A DNA stretch of 64,000 bases from Mobula hypostoma (lineage: Eukaryota): contig NC_086108.1 of assembly GCF_963921235.1 (NCBI RefSeq), forward strand, positions 98,830,001 to 98,894,000. Reading direction: 5' to 3'. Positions 24,991 through 37,305 of the stretch are shown here, one piece after another. Position 1 is the stretch's first letter. The number at the start of each line of letters is the position of its first letter. The notes beneath the pieces were generated by a model that worked only from the letters and a program-made list of their open reading frames with translations, made no database searches and had not been told where the DNA came from. The position numbers and the translations under genes are program-made.

Positions 24991-27251
24991 GTACCTCTTC
25001 CTAGAGATGCTGCCTGGCCTGCTGTGTTTATGTGTGTTGCTTCTGATTAGGCATTTTCCATTTCAAGGAAGCCAAAGGCAGAAGGGAGCTGTTGAAACAA
25101 CTAACGTAAAGAGTACTCGTAAGGTAGCAAAGCATAGTTAATGTAGAAAATTATCCTAAGAAGTTAAAAATGCTGAATAACAAAGGCATTCTCTTTAAGA
25201 CTAAATAATAATTAACTGAGGTGTTTATGATACCAAAGCCATTGATCAGAGAGGTACCAAAATATCATTAGATGGGCAGAGCTTAAAGGGATATGGGCTG
25301 AATAGAGGAAATTGGGACCAGCTGACTGGGCACCATGGTCTCGTAGGGCCAAATGATCTATATCTGTGTTGTACTGCTTTATGATTCTGTGACAGCAAGC
25401 AACTATTCTACTTTCAGGTAGACCAGTGGAGATCAGGCCTAACAAAATTCAAATTAAGCCGATGGGTTCCCATGTAAGGAAATATGTCTTCAAAGGACAG
25501 TGAAACTCCAGAACAGATGCCTTCAAAAGCTGCTGCATGTAGGTTATAACTTAGAACAGTATGGCGCAGTTAAGTAAGTTACATGTACATCGAAACATTG
25601 AGACGTACAGAGAAATAAGTTGTCTTGCGTCAGCAATCAACACAGTTGAGGATTGTGCTGGCGCAGCCTGCAGATGTTGCCGTGATTCCAGAACCAACAT
25701 AGCATGTCCGCAACTTACCTAACCATGTGTCTTTGGATTGCGGGAGGAAACTGTAACACCTAGAGGAAACCCACGCGGTCATGGGAAGAATATAAACTCT
25801 TTATAGGCAGTGGTGGGAACTGAACCTTAATCAGTAATTACTGATGCTGTAAAGGGAATATACTAACCACTACTCTACCCTACCACCCAGTATGGGTCCC
25901 TCAACCCACAGCTGTGTGCTGACCTACAGAGCCCTACTCCACGATCAGCTTAATCCTTCCCCTCATAACCGTAACCTTCTATTTTGACTACATCCACATG
26001 TCCATCAAGGAGCCTCTTACGTATCCCTATTGATAAATGAATATTTTAAAAACTGAGGGCTTGAACTGCACTCTCTAGTTCTTATGTTCACTCCTTTGTA
26101 AACAGAATAGTCTCTCAGAGGGTAATGCAAGTTTGAAATTCTCATCCCCTGAGGATAACTGGTGGTTACGTTATTAGATATATTTAAGGAATTGAGGGTC
26201 ACAGGCAACAGGCATGCGTAGGACAGCACAGATCAGCCATGATCACATTGAATGGAGCAACAGGCTCAAGGGTCCTAGTAAACTACTCCTACGAACTTGC
26301 AGCGGTTAAGAGGGGCTCACAAGCCAGAATGAATTTTGCCTTGCACTAGAATACACACACACACACACACCCCGCAAAGATATCTGTTAGGCCTAACAGT
26401 ACTACAAATCAATTTTTTTGCTAGTGATTTGCAAGATTTTCTTAATACATCAAATGGTCACTAGAACACATTAGGTTTACTGATAGTATTCAAGGGAGAA
26501 AAGCTGCCAACTTTATTTGGTAAGGCCCCTGTGCAACTCCAGACCCACAAAAAATACGGTTGATTCTTAGAAACCTTCTGATATGATGCAAGTAATTCAC
26601 TTGTATCGCAACCACACATTAAAGTAGAAAGATTAAACCCAAACGAACCATGCAGCATCACCCTAGCCACCAGAGCAGCGATGGCAAAAATATTTCCAAC
26701 CCTGTCATACATGCAAGATTTCCTTCACAAACATTAGAAGAGCTGTTTCACAGACTCATTAAAGCAAGAGTAGGACTATCTTTCTCATAAAATTATACTT
26801 GGCAGAATAATATTCCAGTCCAATGTCTGGGTATATTCTGTCCAACAGCACAACCTCACCAGGGGTGGCATCATAAATGTACACAGGCATCAGCTGTAAG
26901 AGTCTTCAGCACTGACTCCAGATCCCATAAAGTCTCATGGCATCAGATCCAACAAGGCAAGACCTCCTCCAGATTATATCAGAATCAAGATTTAAATTAC
27001 ATGAAATTTGTTGTTTACGGAAAGTCATAAAAATGACTATAAGTTATATGTAATAATTTGGTGAGGGTCCAGAGGAGGTTCACAAGAATTATTCTGGGAA
27101 TGAAAGGGTTAACACATGAGGAGTGTTTGATGGTTCTGGGTCTGTACTTATTGGAGCTTAGAAGAAAGAGGGAGGGATCTCATTGAAACCTATCAAATAT
27201 TGAAAGGCCTAGATAGAGTGGATGTGAAGAGGATATTTCCTATAGTGAGTG

Positions 27252-27583
27252 TGTTGCTTTGGATTTCCAGCATCTGCAGATTTTCTCATGTTTGTGATTT
27301 ACTGCTCCACTACAAAGTCTCTTCCAGAGATGCCTCCACTGAAGAAGTTTAATTCTTCCCTTCGACAGGAGTTCAGTGAAACCCTCTCTCACTGCTCCCC
27401 GTGATACTTCTTCCTCCCCTCCCCCAGCTTCTTGTTCTGATTCCAGTCCCGATGAAGCGTCTTGGCCCAAAATATTGACTGTTTACTCTCTTCTTTAGCT
27501 GCTGCCTGACCTGCTGAGTTACTTCAGCATTTTGTGTGTGTTGCTTTGGATTTTCAGCATCTGCAGAATTTTGTGTGTTTGTG
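27252..27583 (+). mobile_element. Short Penelope-derived element with partial tandem terminal repeat
   Basis: 17-bp TSD ATTTCCTATAGTG(A/G)GTG inside a CR1 fragment; ~50-bp direct repeat at both ends; degenerate hammerhead at ~27445-27482. Confidence 0.7.
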
Positions 27584-28996
27584 ATTTCCTATAGTGGGTG
27601 AATCTAAAAATAAAGGAATGTTCCTTCAGAGCAGAGATGAGGAGAAATTTCTTTAGCCAAAGTGGTAAATCTGTAGATTTCAGTAAGATCCCCCTCATTC
27701 TTCTAACTCCAGCATGTAGCCATCCAATGGTCCTCATATGTTAACCCTTTCATTCCCAGAATCATTCCCGTGAACCTCCTCTGGGCCTTCTCCAAATCAT
27801 TGCCACAAACTGCTGTGGAGACCAAGTCACTAGGTATATTTAAAGCAGTGTTCTTGATTAGTAAGAACATTAAAGGTTACAGAAAGAGGGGAGAATAAAT
27901 CAGCCATGATGGAATGGTGCAGACTCAGTGGGCCATATGACCTAATTCTGTTCCTATATTTTATGGTCTTACAAACTCTGGTCTCGCCAGTAAAGCATGG
28001 ATCTCAAAATATGAATACTTAAAAAGAAACATTAAGCACACCAATTAGACCTCAGACCTTACCCACAATTGACATTAGACTAACTGGCCTTTATTTTGGA
28101 ATCTTTCATTTCCTTAGGATGTACAATTTGCTTCAGAGCGCATGACATATTTTAGAAATGCAGTCACTGTTTAATTGGTGATGACATGGCAACCAATTCA
28201 TACAATCTGAGGGCCCAGGTAATATTATGAGAAAAATGATCTAACTATCTATTTTAATATTGGTGGAGAGAATTGATGTTGGCCAAGGAATATCACCATT
28301 TCATTTTCAAATACTGCAACACGAACTTCACACTGATGAGAGAGCAAGTGTTGCTGAAGTCGTTGGAGTGGACTTCAACCCACAACCTCTGACTCAGAGG
28401 CAAGCACTCAGCCAAAGTTGATTCACTAAATTCCTTGCAGCCCACAAAGTGAATCATGATTTGAAGACAATATGCTCAGTTATAGTCCCACTGGATGTAA
28501 ATTATTGGAAACTACATGTAACTCATGTAGTACACAGGCTGTTCTTTCTTCAATTGGATAGGATTTAAAAAAAAATAGAGCTTGGTTGCAAGCGAGAGTC
28601 AGAAATAGCTTTTGGCAAGAATCTTCAGTCAAAATGAAGTTTACTTTCTCCCAAACTGACACAGGTGGCTCATAGCTAAAACATCAAAGCATAAAGGAAA
28701 ATAACCAATGTACAGGCTCTGGCACCCATTACTTTCAGTAGATCAGCTCAGGGGTATTTTCTTCTGACAGGACTACAATTGCTCAAATACAGGAAGACTG
28801 ATATCAGGTCGGTAAATCTACTTCTTCCCATGCTAAACAAAAGCAAATTAACACTTTCCTCACCCCAGTTTTTAAATCAAAGACAAATTACTTTGATCAA
28901 ACATTCAGTGTGGACTTTGTAGAAAGATGGTGCTCTGAAAGTAGTTTTCTGAATTCACTTGTTTTCCAATTTTTTCAAATAATCAAGACAACGTAC

Positions 28997-29165
28997 CCAG
29001 TAGAATCTGTATTTTCTCTATGAGGAACAGCTGGCACAGCTGCAGGGATAGAAGCTGGAGGGCTAAATGTGCCAGAGTTATTTACTGTAGGAACAGCTCT
29101 CCTCACCAGTCGTCCCCATGTGGCAATATTAATATTCATTTGAGGAGCTCGAAGGAATGTTTTGC
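28997..29165 (-). CDS. PKN2: PKN2 exon 11 equivalent
   Basis: tatAG/GTACGT, 169 bp; (G)[36 protein letters not shown]...ENTDST. Confidence 0.94.
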
Positions 29166-29350
29166 CTATAGTGATGAGAAAATAAGAGCATGAATATTCT
29201 AGTTATTAAACAAATTGCAAAGATTTTGCAAGTCTTTTCCTAATGTGCTCAGTCCTTCTAGACAGTGAACTTCTGCATCATAAATTAATTAAATTAAATA
29301 AAATAAATTAATTAAAATAAATTAGTGTCTATTTGAGTTTAAATAATTAC

Positions 29351-29426
29351 CTTGTTGTTTTGGAAAGATCTTCTTTTGTCTTTGCAATTTTGGTCGCCTT
29401 TCAATAACTGGATTATAGAAAGTTAC
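29351..29426 (-). CDS. PKN2: PKN2 exon 10 equivalent
   Basis: tctAG/GTAATT, 76 bp; [25 protein letters not shown]. Confidence 0.95.
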
Positions 29427-29506
29427 CTAGAAAATACAGCCAACTTTATTAGACTTGGAGCTAGTACAAGAGGCAAACAGAATTATGATTTTAGCTAAAT
29501 TCATAC

Positions 29507-29650
29507 CTCTGCAAATAGAGTGCCCTGTGGTTCCAGATACAGGCACATTCCATGCCGTTGATTATCTAGGAAGTCTTCTAAGCGTAGAAATTTCACAGCA
29601 CAAAGGGAGCGCCAGTCACGCCAATAAACGGACATCTCCAGTTCACGTGA
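29507..29650 (-). CDS. PKN2: PKN2 exon 9 equivalent
   Basis: tttAG/GTATGA, 144 bp; [48 protein letters not shown]. Confidence 0.96.
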
Positions 29651-30580
29651 CTAAATAAAAGATTAAAACTGATTACCTGAGAAACTGGAACTTCTCATAA
29701 TTCAGCAACTTGAAACAAATGTCAAGATCATCCAAAAGGATGGTTTTAAACTGGATCATCAAAAAAAAACACCAGGATATAGTTTCAAACAGGTTTACAA
29801 TTTGACCTCAGTTCCATCATTTATATAAAGTGATGTCAATACCACAGAGTGAAGATGGCAATAGTCCAGTGACAAGTGTATGTACCATTCTAACATGGGA
29901 TGCCAAGATTCTAGATGGCACCACAAATAGTCTGTGAGATGAGCTTTAAAAAAAAACTGAAATCTCTCAATAGGAGAATTTGACAAAAAAGATTAAATTT
30001 AATTGCTTATACATTCACTGTTATAAATGATTCTAAATTAATTTTGAAATCGGCCTTGAGAGAATCTCATGTTGAATAGTTGCACAATAACAGATTCTCA
30101 CGTTAAAAATTTCAACAGAAACACATGCTTCCATATTTGCCTTTCTGAGCATCAAAATTCCTGTTTACTAATCCTGGTTTTATACTTGGCAAGTTAAAGA
30201 GTTTGTGCCATTTATATTTTGAGTACAAATTTTCTGAGTAAGAAATACTTTGAACAAAAAATACACTGAATATTCTAACAATGACAAAATCTACACAGTT
30301 TGATGATGGTTGGGAATCAAGAGAGCATAAGATAGTTAGATTCAATCTCTAAAACTGAACAATATCCAGTTCATAGCTGGTCGTATGCAAAATTCCACAA
30401 CTGATTTAGGCTTACAAACGAGACTTGTATCTAAATTCCTAATGGCGGTATTTGTTTATTTACAATTTAGGCACACATTAAAAAAAAGGCAAGAAATAAA
30501 TCTCAGCTTAGAGTTTGTCCTTACTAATAAAGCAATGCCCTACTTCTTGCAAGAATGGTGGCACAGTTTCTTTTGCTCAC

Positions 30581-30690
30581 CCGATCTAGTTCTAACGTAA
30601 ACTTCTGATCCCATGACTGATTGGAAACTGGCTTCCAACTGGTCTGTCCAACCACTGTATTATCCAGCTTCAGTACAGCTCCTATTTCAT
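30581..30690 (-). CDS. PKN2: PKN2 exon 8 equivalent
   Basis: cacAG/GTGAGC, 110 bp; (N)EIGAVLKLDNTVVGQTSWKPVSNQSWDQKFTLELDR. Confidence 0.96.
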
Positions 30691-31161
30691 CTGTGAGGAC
30701 AACAGTAAATACTTCATTAGGCATTGCAAGAGGATTTGGACATTTGAGAAACTAACTATGTAAGATTTAATCACTATAAATTTTGAATTTATTCCAAAAA
30801 ACATCAAAATCTACTGCTATGTGCAGCTTAAGACATCATGGTTAAACTTTAATATTTATTAAAGTTGTACATTCATTTTAAAACTGCATTATCCATGTAG
30901 ATCATCTAGACACTGCCAAAATTTTAATTTAACTATCAAATTATTAAAACGAGATTTCAGCAAACACATGGTATGTGTCACTTGTTGGTTGAGACAAACC
31001 AAAATTCTAATTTATGTTACGGTTACACAGCTGAAGGATGCAGAAATATATTAACCAACATGCTAATCTTTGCTTCAAATAAATTTGATCCCCTTCTAGT
31101 ACAAAGCAACTTACTGCAACTACCTCTGCAGTTGTTCCCTAAAATTAAAAGATTACTTAAC

Positions 31162-31347
31162 TGGACAGATCTTCTGTTTTGACAGGATAGCGGCTATTCC
31201 CACTTCGGCTTTTACTTGTCCTGCTTATAAAGGAGGATCTAGTTTCATTTGGGCTCCAGCCAGGTAAGGGAACAAACGTGTTTTTTGAACGACCAGGAAC
31301 AGTCTCCAGCAGGTCTTGACATCCCATAAGCCTAACTTCCAGGCTAC
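31162..31347 (-). CDS. PKN2: PKN2 exon 7 equivalent, C2-like domain start
   Basis: aacAG/GTTAAG, 186 bp; (G)SLEVRLMGCQDLLETVPGRSK...PGWSPNETRSSF...KTEDLS. Confidence 0.92.
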
Positions 31348-31920
31348 CTGTTGATAGTGAATCAGTTACATCTCACACCACATAAAAGCAAATTAACATT
31401 CATGTTTCACCACTGATAAATTATTGGAGAAGGTTATTAGGATCTGGATTTACTTGCATTTGGAAAAGCATGGCTTATTGGAGAAAGTCAGAATGGCTTT
31501 GTGTGGGTGTTTAACCTGGAACTAAGTAAAGCATTTGATAAGGTCCTTTTACAATAAGCTTGTTCAGAAGAACAAGGCACAAAAAGACACAAAATTTGCT
31601 TGGTCATAGAAAACAGAGGGGAGTGGTGGAGGGCTGTTTCTCGAACTGGAGGTTTATGACTAGTTGCTGACACCTCTGTTGTTGGAGTTACATATACGAT
31701 CTGGATGAAAATACAGGTAGACTGATTAGTAAGCTTGCAAATAATACAAACATTGGTGCTGTGGATTGTGAGGAAGATTGCAAATGACAGAAAAGGATAG
31801 AGATCAGGTAGAACTTTGGGCAGAGAAGCAGCAAACAGGAAATTAACTTGGACAAGTGCTGCAGGTCAAATGCAAGAGGAAAGTATCCAGTAAATGGTAG
31901 TTGCCTTCGGAGAATTGACT

Positions 31921-31967
31921 TGAGAGACAGAGACAGAGAGAGCGAGAGAGAGGGAGAGAGAGACAGA
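31921..31967. repeat. GA-rich microsatellite
   Basis: (GA)n/(GAGACA)n tract inside an old CR1. Confidence 0.8.
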
Positions 31968-32330
31968 TGCAAATTCACAGGTCACTGAAAGTGGCAACAT
32001 AGACAGGTTAATAAAGAAGATGTATGTCATGCTTGATCATTGTCTGGGGCACTTGCATAACAGTAGGAAAGTCATGCCGCAGCTTTAATCAGGACACATT
32101 TGAAATACTGTAGATAGTTCTAGCCTCCACACTATAGAAGAGATGGGGAAGCTTTGGAAAGGGCGGAAAAAGAAGTTTACTGGAATGTTGCTTGGAACAG
32201 CTGTAAGGAGAGGTTGGACAAAATTTGGATTGTTTTTGTTGGCGTTGTCAGAGGCTGACGGGCAATCTGATAATAATTTATAAAATTACGAGAAACAGTT
32301 AAGGCAGTTTTTATTTCCAAGGGTAGAAAC

Positions 32331-35300
32331 CTTCGTCTGGTCAGGGAGAGTAAGGAGGAGATAGATTGGAGCAATAGGCAGGTAGTCACACTGGGGCCTT
32401 GGGAGACAGGTAAGTGGGTAACAGTCAGGAGAGGGAAGGGCAGAAGTCAGATGCTAGAGAGTACCCCTGTGGCTGTCCCCCTTAACAATAAGTACTCCAG
32501 CTTTACTGTTGTTGGGGGGGGGGTCAGCCTACCTGGGGGAAGCAATAGTGGCTGCGCCTCTGGCACAGACTCTGGCCCTGTGGCTCACAAGGGTAGGGAA
32601 AGGAAGAGGATGGCAGCAGTGATAGGGGACTCTATAGTTAGGGGGTCAGACAGGTGATTCTGTGGACACAGGAAAGAAACACGGGTGGTAGTTTGCCTCC
32701 CAGGTGCCAGGGTCCGGGATGTTTCTGATTGCATCCACGATATCCTGAAGTGGGAAGGAGAACAGCCAGAGGTCATGTTACATATTGGTACCAATGACAT
32801 AGGGAGGAAAAGGGAGGAGGTCCTGAAAACAGACTACAGGGAGTTAGGATGGAAGTTGAGAAGCAGGACCACAAAGGTAGTAATCTCGGGATTATTACCT
32901 GTGCCAGATGACAGTGAGTATAGGAATAAAATGAGGCGGAGGATAAATGCTTGGCTGAGGGATTGAAGCCAGGGAGCAGGGATTCAGATTTCTGGATCAT
33001 TGGGACCTCTTTTGGGGCAGGTGTGATCTGTACAAAAAGGATGGGTTGCAGTTGAATCCCAGGGGAACCAATATCCTGGCTGGGAGGTTTGCTAAGGCTA
33101 TTGGGGAGAGTTTAAACGAGAATTACTGGGGAGTGGGAACCGAAATGAAGAGACAGAGGAAGAGGCGGTTGGTTCACAATTAGAGAAAGCTTGGAGACAG
33201 TGTGAGAGGGAGTTTAGGCAGCTGATAGAGAAGGGACGAGCTCAAACTGATGGTTTGAGATGTGTCTATTTTAATGCAAGAGTATTATGAACAAAGCAGA
33301 TGAGCTTAGAGCGTAGATCAGTACTTAGAGCTATGATGTGGTCATTACAGTGACTTGGATGGCTCAGGGGCAGAAATGGTTACTTCGAGTGCCAGGCTTT
33401 AGATGTTTCAGAAAGGACAGGGAGAGAGACAAAAGAAGTGGTGGGGCTTGGCACTGTTGATCAGAGATAGTGTCACGGCTGCAGAAAAGAAGGAAGTCAT
33501 GGAGGCATTGTCTACGGAATCTCTGTGGGTGGAAGATAGGAACAGGAAGGGGTCAATAACTCTACTGGGTGTTTTTTTTTTATATAGAATACCCAATAGT
33601 AACAGGGATATCGAGGAGCAGATAGGGAGGCAGATCCTGGAAAAGTGTGATAATAACAGGGTTGTCGTGGTGGGATATTTTAATTTTCCAACTATCAACT
33701 TGGCAACTCCCGAGAGTGAGGGGTTCAGATGGGGTGGAATTTTTTAGGTGTGTTCAGGAAGGTTTCTTGACACAATATGTAGATAAGCCTACAAGAGGAC
33801 AGGCTATACTTGATCTGGTATAGGGAAATGAACCTGGTCAGGTGTCAGAACATTTTGGAGATAGAGACCACAACTCTCTCTCCTTTACCATAACATTGGA
33901 GAGGGATAGGAATAGACAAGTTAGGAAAGCGTTTAATTGGAGTAAGGGGAAATATGAGGCTATCAGGCAGGAATTTAGAAGCTTAAACTGGGAACAGATG
34001 TTCTCAAGGAAATGCACAGAAGAATTGTGGCAAATGTTCAGGGGATATATGCGTGGAGTTCTGCATAGGTACATTCCAATGAGACAGGGAAAGGATGGCA
34101 GGATACATGAACCGTGGTGTACAAAGGTTGTTGTAAATCTAGTCATGAAGAAAAGAAGAGCTCACGAAAGGGTAAAAAAACTAGGTAATGATAGAGGTCG
34201 AGAAGATTATAAAACTAGCAGGATGGAGCTTTAAGAATGAAATTAGGACAGCCAGAAGGGGCCATGAGAAGGCCTTGGCAGACAGGATTAAGGAAAACCC
34301 CAACGCATTCTACAAATATGTGAAGAGCAAGAGGATAATACGTGAGAGAATCAATTGTGACAGTGGATGTGTATGGAACCGGAGGAGATAGCAGGGGTAC
34401 TTAATGAATACTTTTGCTTCAGTTTTCACTATTGAAAAGGATTTGGCGATTGTAGGGATGACTTACAGCAGACTAAAAAGCTTGAGCATGTAGATATTAA
34501 GGAAGAGGATGTGCTGGAGCTTTTGGAAAACATCAAGTTGGATAAGACACCGGGACCGGATGAGATGTACCCCAGGCTACTGTGGGAGGTGAGGGAGGAG
34601 ATTGCTGAACCCCTGGCAATGATCTTTGCATCATCAATGGGGACAGGAGAGGTTCCGGAGGATTGGAGGGTTGCAGATGTTGTTCCCTTATTCAAGAAAG
34701 GGAGTAGAGATAGCCCAGGAAATTATAGACCAGTGATTCTTACTTCAGTGGTTGGTAAATTGATGGAGAAGATCCTGAGAGGCAGGATTTATGAACATTT
34801 GGAGAGGTATAATATGATTAGGAATAGCCAGCATGGTTTTGTCAAGGGCAGGGCGTGCCTTACGAGCCTGATTGAATTTTTTGAGGATGTGACTAAACAC
34901 ATTGAAGGTATAGTAGATGTAGTGTATATGGATTTCAGCAAGGCATCTGATAAGGTACCCTATGCGAGGCGCATTGAGAAAGTAAGGAGGCATGGGATCC
35001 AAGGGGACATTGCTTTGTGGATCCGGAACTGACTTGTCCACAGAAGGCAAAGACTGGTTATAGACGGGTCATATTCTGCATGGAGGTCAGTGACCAGTGG
35101 TGTGCCTCAGGGATCCGTTCTGGGACCCTTACTCCGCGTGATTTTTATAAATGACCTGGATGAGGAACTGGAGGGATGGGTTAGTAAATTTGCTGATGAC
35201 TCAAAGATTGGGGTTGTTGTGGATAGAGTTGAGGGCTGTCAGAGGTTACAGCGGGACACTGATAGGATGCAAAAGTGGGCTGAGAAGTGGCAGATGGAGT

Positions 35301-36085
35301 TCAACCCAGTTAAGTGTGAGGTGGTTCATTTTGGTAGGTCAAATATGATGGAAGAATATAGTATTAATGGTAAGATTCTTGGCAGTGTGAAGGATCAGAG
35401 GGATCCTGGGGACTGAGTCCATAGAACACTCAAAGCTGCTATGCAGGTTGACTCTGTGGTTAAGAAGGCATACAGTGCATTGGCCTTCATTAACTGTGGA
35501 ATTGAAATTAGGAGCCCAGAGGTAATGTTGCAGCTATATAGGACCCTGGTCAGACCCCACTTGGAGTACTGTGCTCAGTTCTGGTCACCTCACTACAGGA
35601 AGGATGTGGAAACCACAGAAAGGGTGCAGACGAGATTTACAAGGGCGTTACCTGGATTGGGGAAGCATGCCTTATGAGAATAGGTTGAGTGAACTTGGCC
35701 TTTTCTCCTTGGAGTGACAAAGAATGAGAGGAGACCTGATAGAGGTGTACAAGATGATGAGAGGCATTGATTGTGTGGATAGTCAGAGGCTTTTTCCCAG
35801 GGCTGTAATGGCAAGCACGAGAACACACAGTTTTAAGGTGCTTGGAAGTACTGAGGATGTCAGGAATAAGTTATTTTTATGCAGACAGTGGTGAGTGCAT
35901 GGAATGGGCTGCCGGGCACGGTGGTGAAGGTGGATACGAAAGGGTCTTTTAAGAGACACTGGATAGAGCTTAGAAAAGTAGGAGGGCTATGGGTAACCCT
36001 ACGTAATTTCTAAGGCAAGGACATATTCGGCACAGCTTTGTGGGCCGAAGGGCCTGTATTGTGCTGTAGGTTTTCTATGTTTCTA
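32331..36085 (+). mobile_element. Long CR1 LINE (esterase, APE, RT), decayed, nested in an older CR1
   Basis: VIGDSIVRG, HIGTND, WRVADVVPLFKKG, GVPQGSVLGP, KFADD; TTTCTATG tail; older CR1 continues on both sides (~31400-32330, 36086-36420). Confidence 0.93.
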
Positions 36086-37049
36086 ACCGGCATGTACTAG
36101 AGGGCAAAGATTTAAGGTGAGAGGTGAGCTTAACGGAGATGTACCATGAGAATGTTAGGTATCTGGAAAGTCCTGCTAGGGAAGGTGACAGAAACATATA
36201 CAACCGTGACACTTTGGAGACATTTAGACTGACACACAGGGAATAGGGTGCATTTTGGTTGGTGAAATGCAGGAGGAAAGTATACAGTACTGACTGTAGA
36301 CTGACTGACAGGGAATAGAGAGACACTGCATGGATCACATTAGTTCAGATTTACATCCTCAGTATAGATATGGTGAGCCAAAAATCCTGCTCCTGTGCTC
36401 TGCTATTATGCTCTATGTCAGTATCAAGCTGTGAGAAGACTCCTGGAGACAATGTTCCTTTACCTAGTATTATGAACAATGCTGTTTGTAAGGAACGGCA
36501 GGGTTTACTAAGAAAATTCTAAATTTGTTGAGAAATACTAATGATTACAGAGCAAATGACAGAGAATGCTGGGAAAAGAAATGGAACTAAGAGAACAAAA
36601 TGCAATGTGGGAGATTACCTTGTATGCTGAGACAGAAACTTGGAAGTGTGGCCACTGGCAGAACAAATTCATGGAGAAATTAAAAAGATATTTGATTTTC
36701 TTTGACAAAGTATATGAATGTAAATTACTTGACAGAAGTTGGTGGAATTAGAGGTAATTATTATGGTGGATTCTACAGTGGAAAGTGATTATTACAGTCT
36801 TTACTATTTCCCCTTTCATTAATGAAGTGGATATAGGTATTGGCACAACAGTCTGCATTTCCACACGCTGAAAATATGTCCCAGAATTAGTACCATGAGT
36901 CAGAATTATACAAAGTAAACCTTATTGCAAAGTTTCTACATTTCACAACTGGCACTTCATATAGGTGATGAACAAGTACTGACTACAAGTGCTGTAATAG
37001 TAAAATCTTTCCAGTTCTTATATTTCTTCACAACATATTTATAAGAGAG

Positions 37050-37305
37050 ACAGCATGGAACAGGCCCTTCTGGCCCAACAAGCTACGCCAAGTGATCCAC
37101 CTATTTAACCCTAGTCTAATCACAGGACAATTTCCAATGACTAATTAACCTACCTGGACTGTGGAAGGAAAGCACAGCACCCGGAGAAAACCCATGCAGT
37201 CACGGGGAGAACGTACAAACTCCTTACAAGCAGCAGTGGGAAATGAATGCAGAACTCCAATGCCCTAAGCTCTAATAGCATTGCACTAACGGCTGCGTTA
37301 CCATA
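37050..37305 (-). mobile_element. tRNA-SINE family copy (related copies near 25560-25880, 37440-37580, 58530-58790)
   Basis: Shared core CCGGAGAAAACCCATGCAGTCACGGGGAGAACGTACAAACTCC seen at several loci. Confidence 0.6.

Larger units (their letters stand above)
24232..25040. mobile_element. Palindromic ORF-less Penelope-like derivative (two inverted terminal-repeat copies)
   Basis: ~390-420-bp arms are reverse complements around a (TA)n-flanked 10-nt loop; 13-bp TSD TTCTGATT(C/A)GGCA at 24219-24231 and 25041-25053. Confidence 0.85.
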
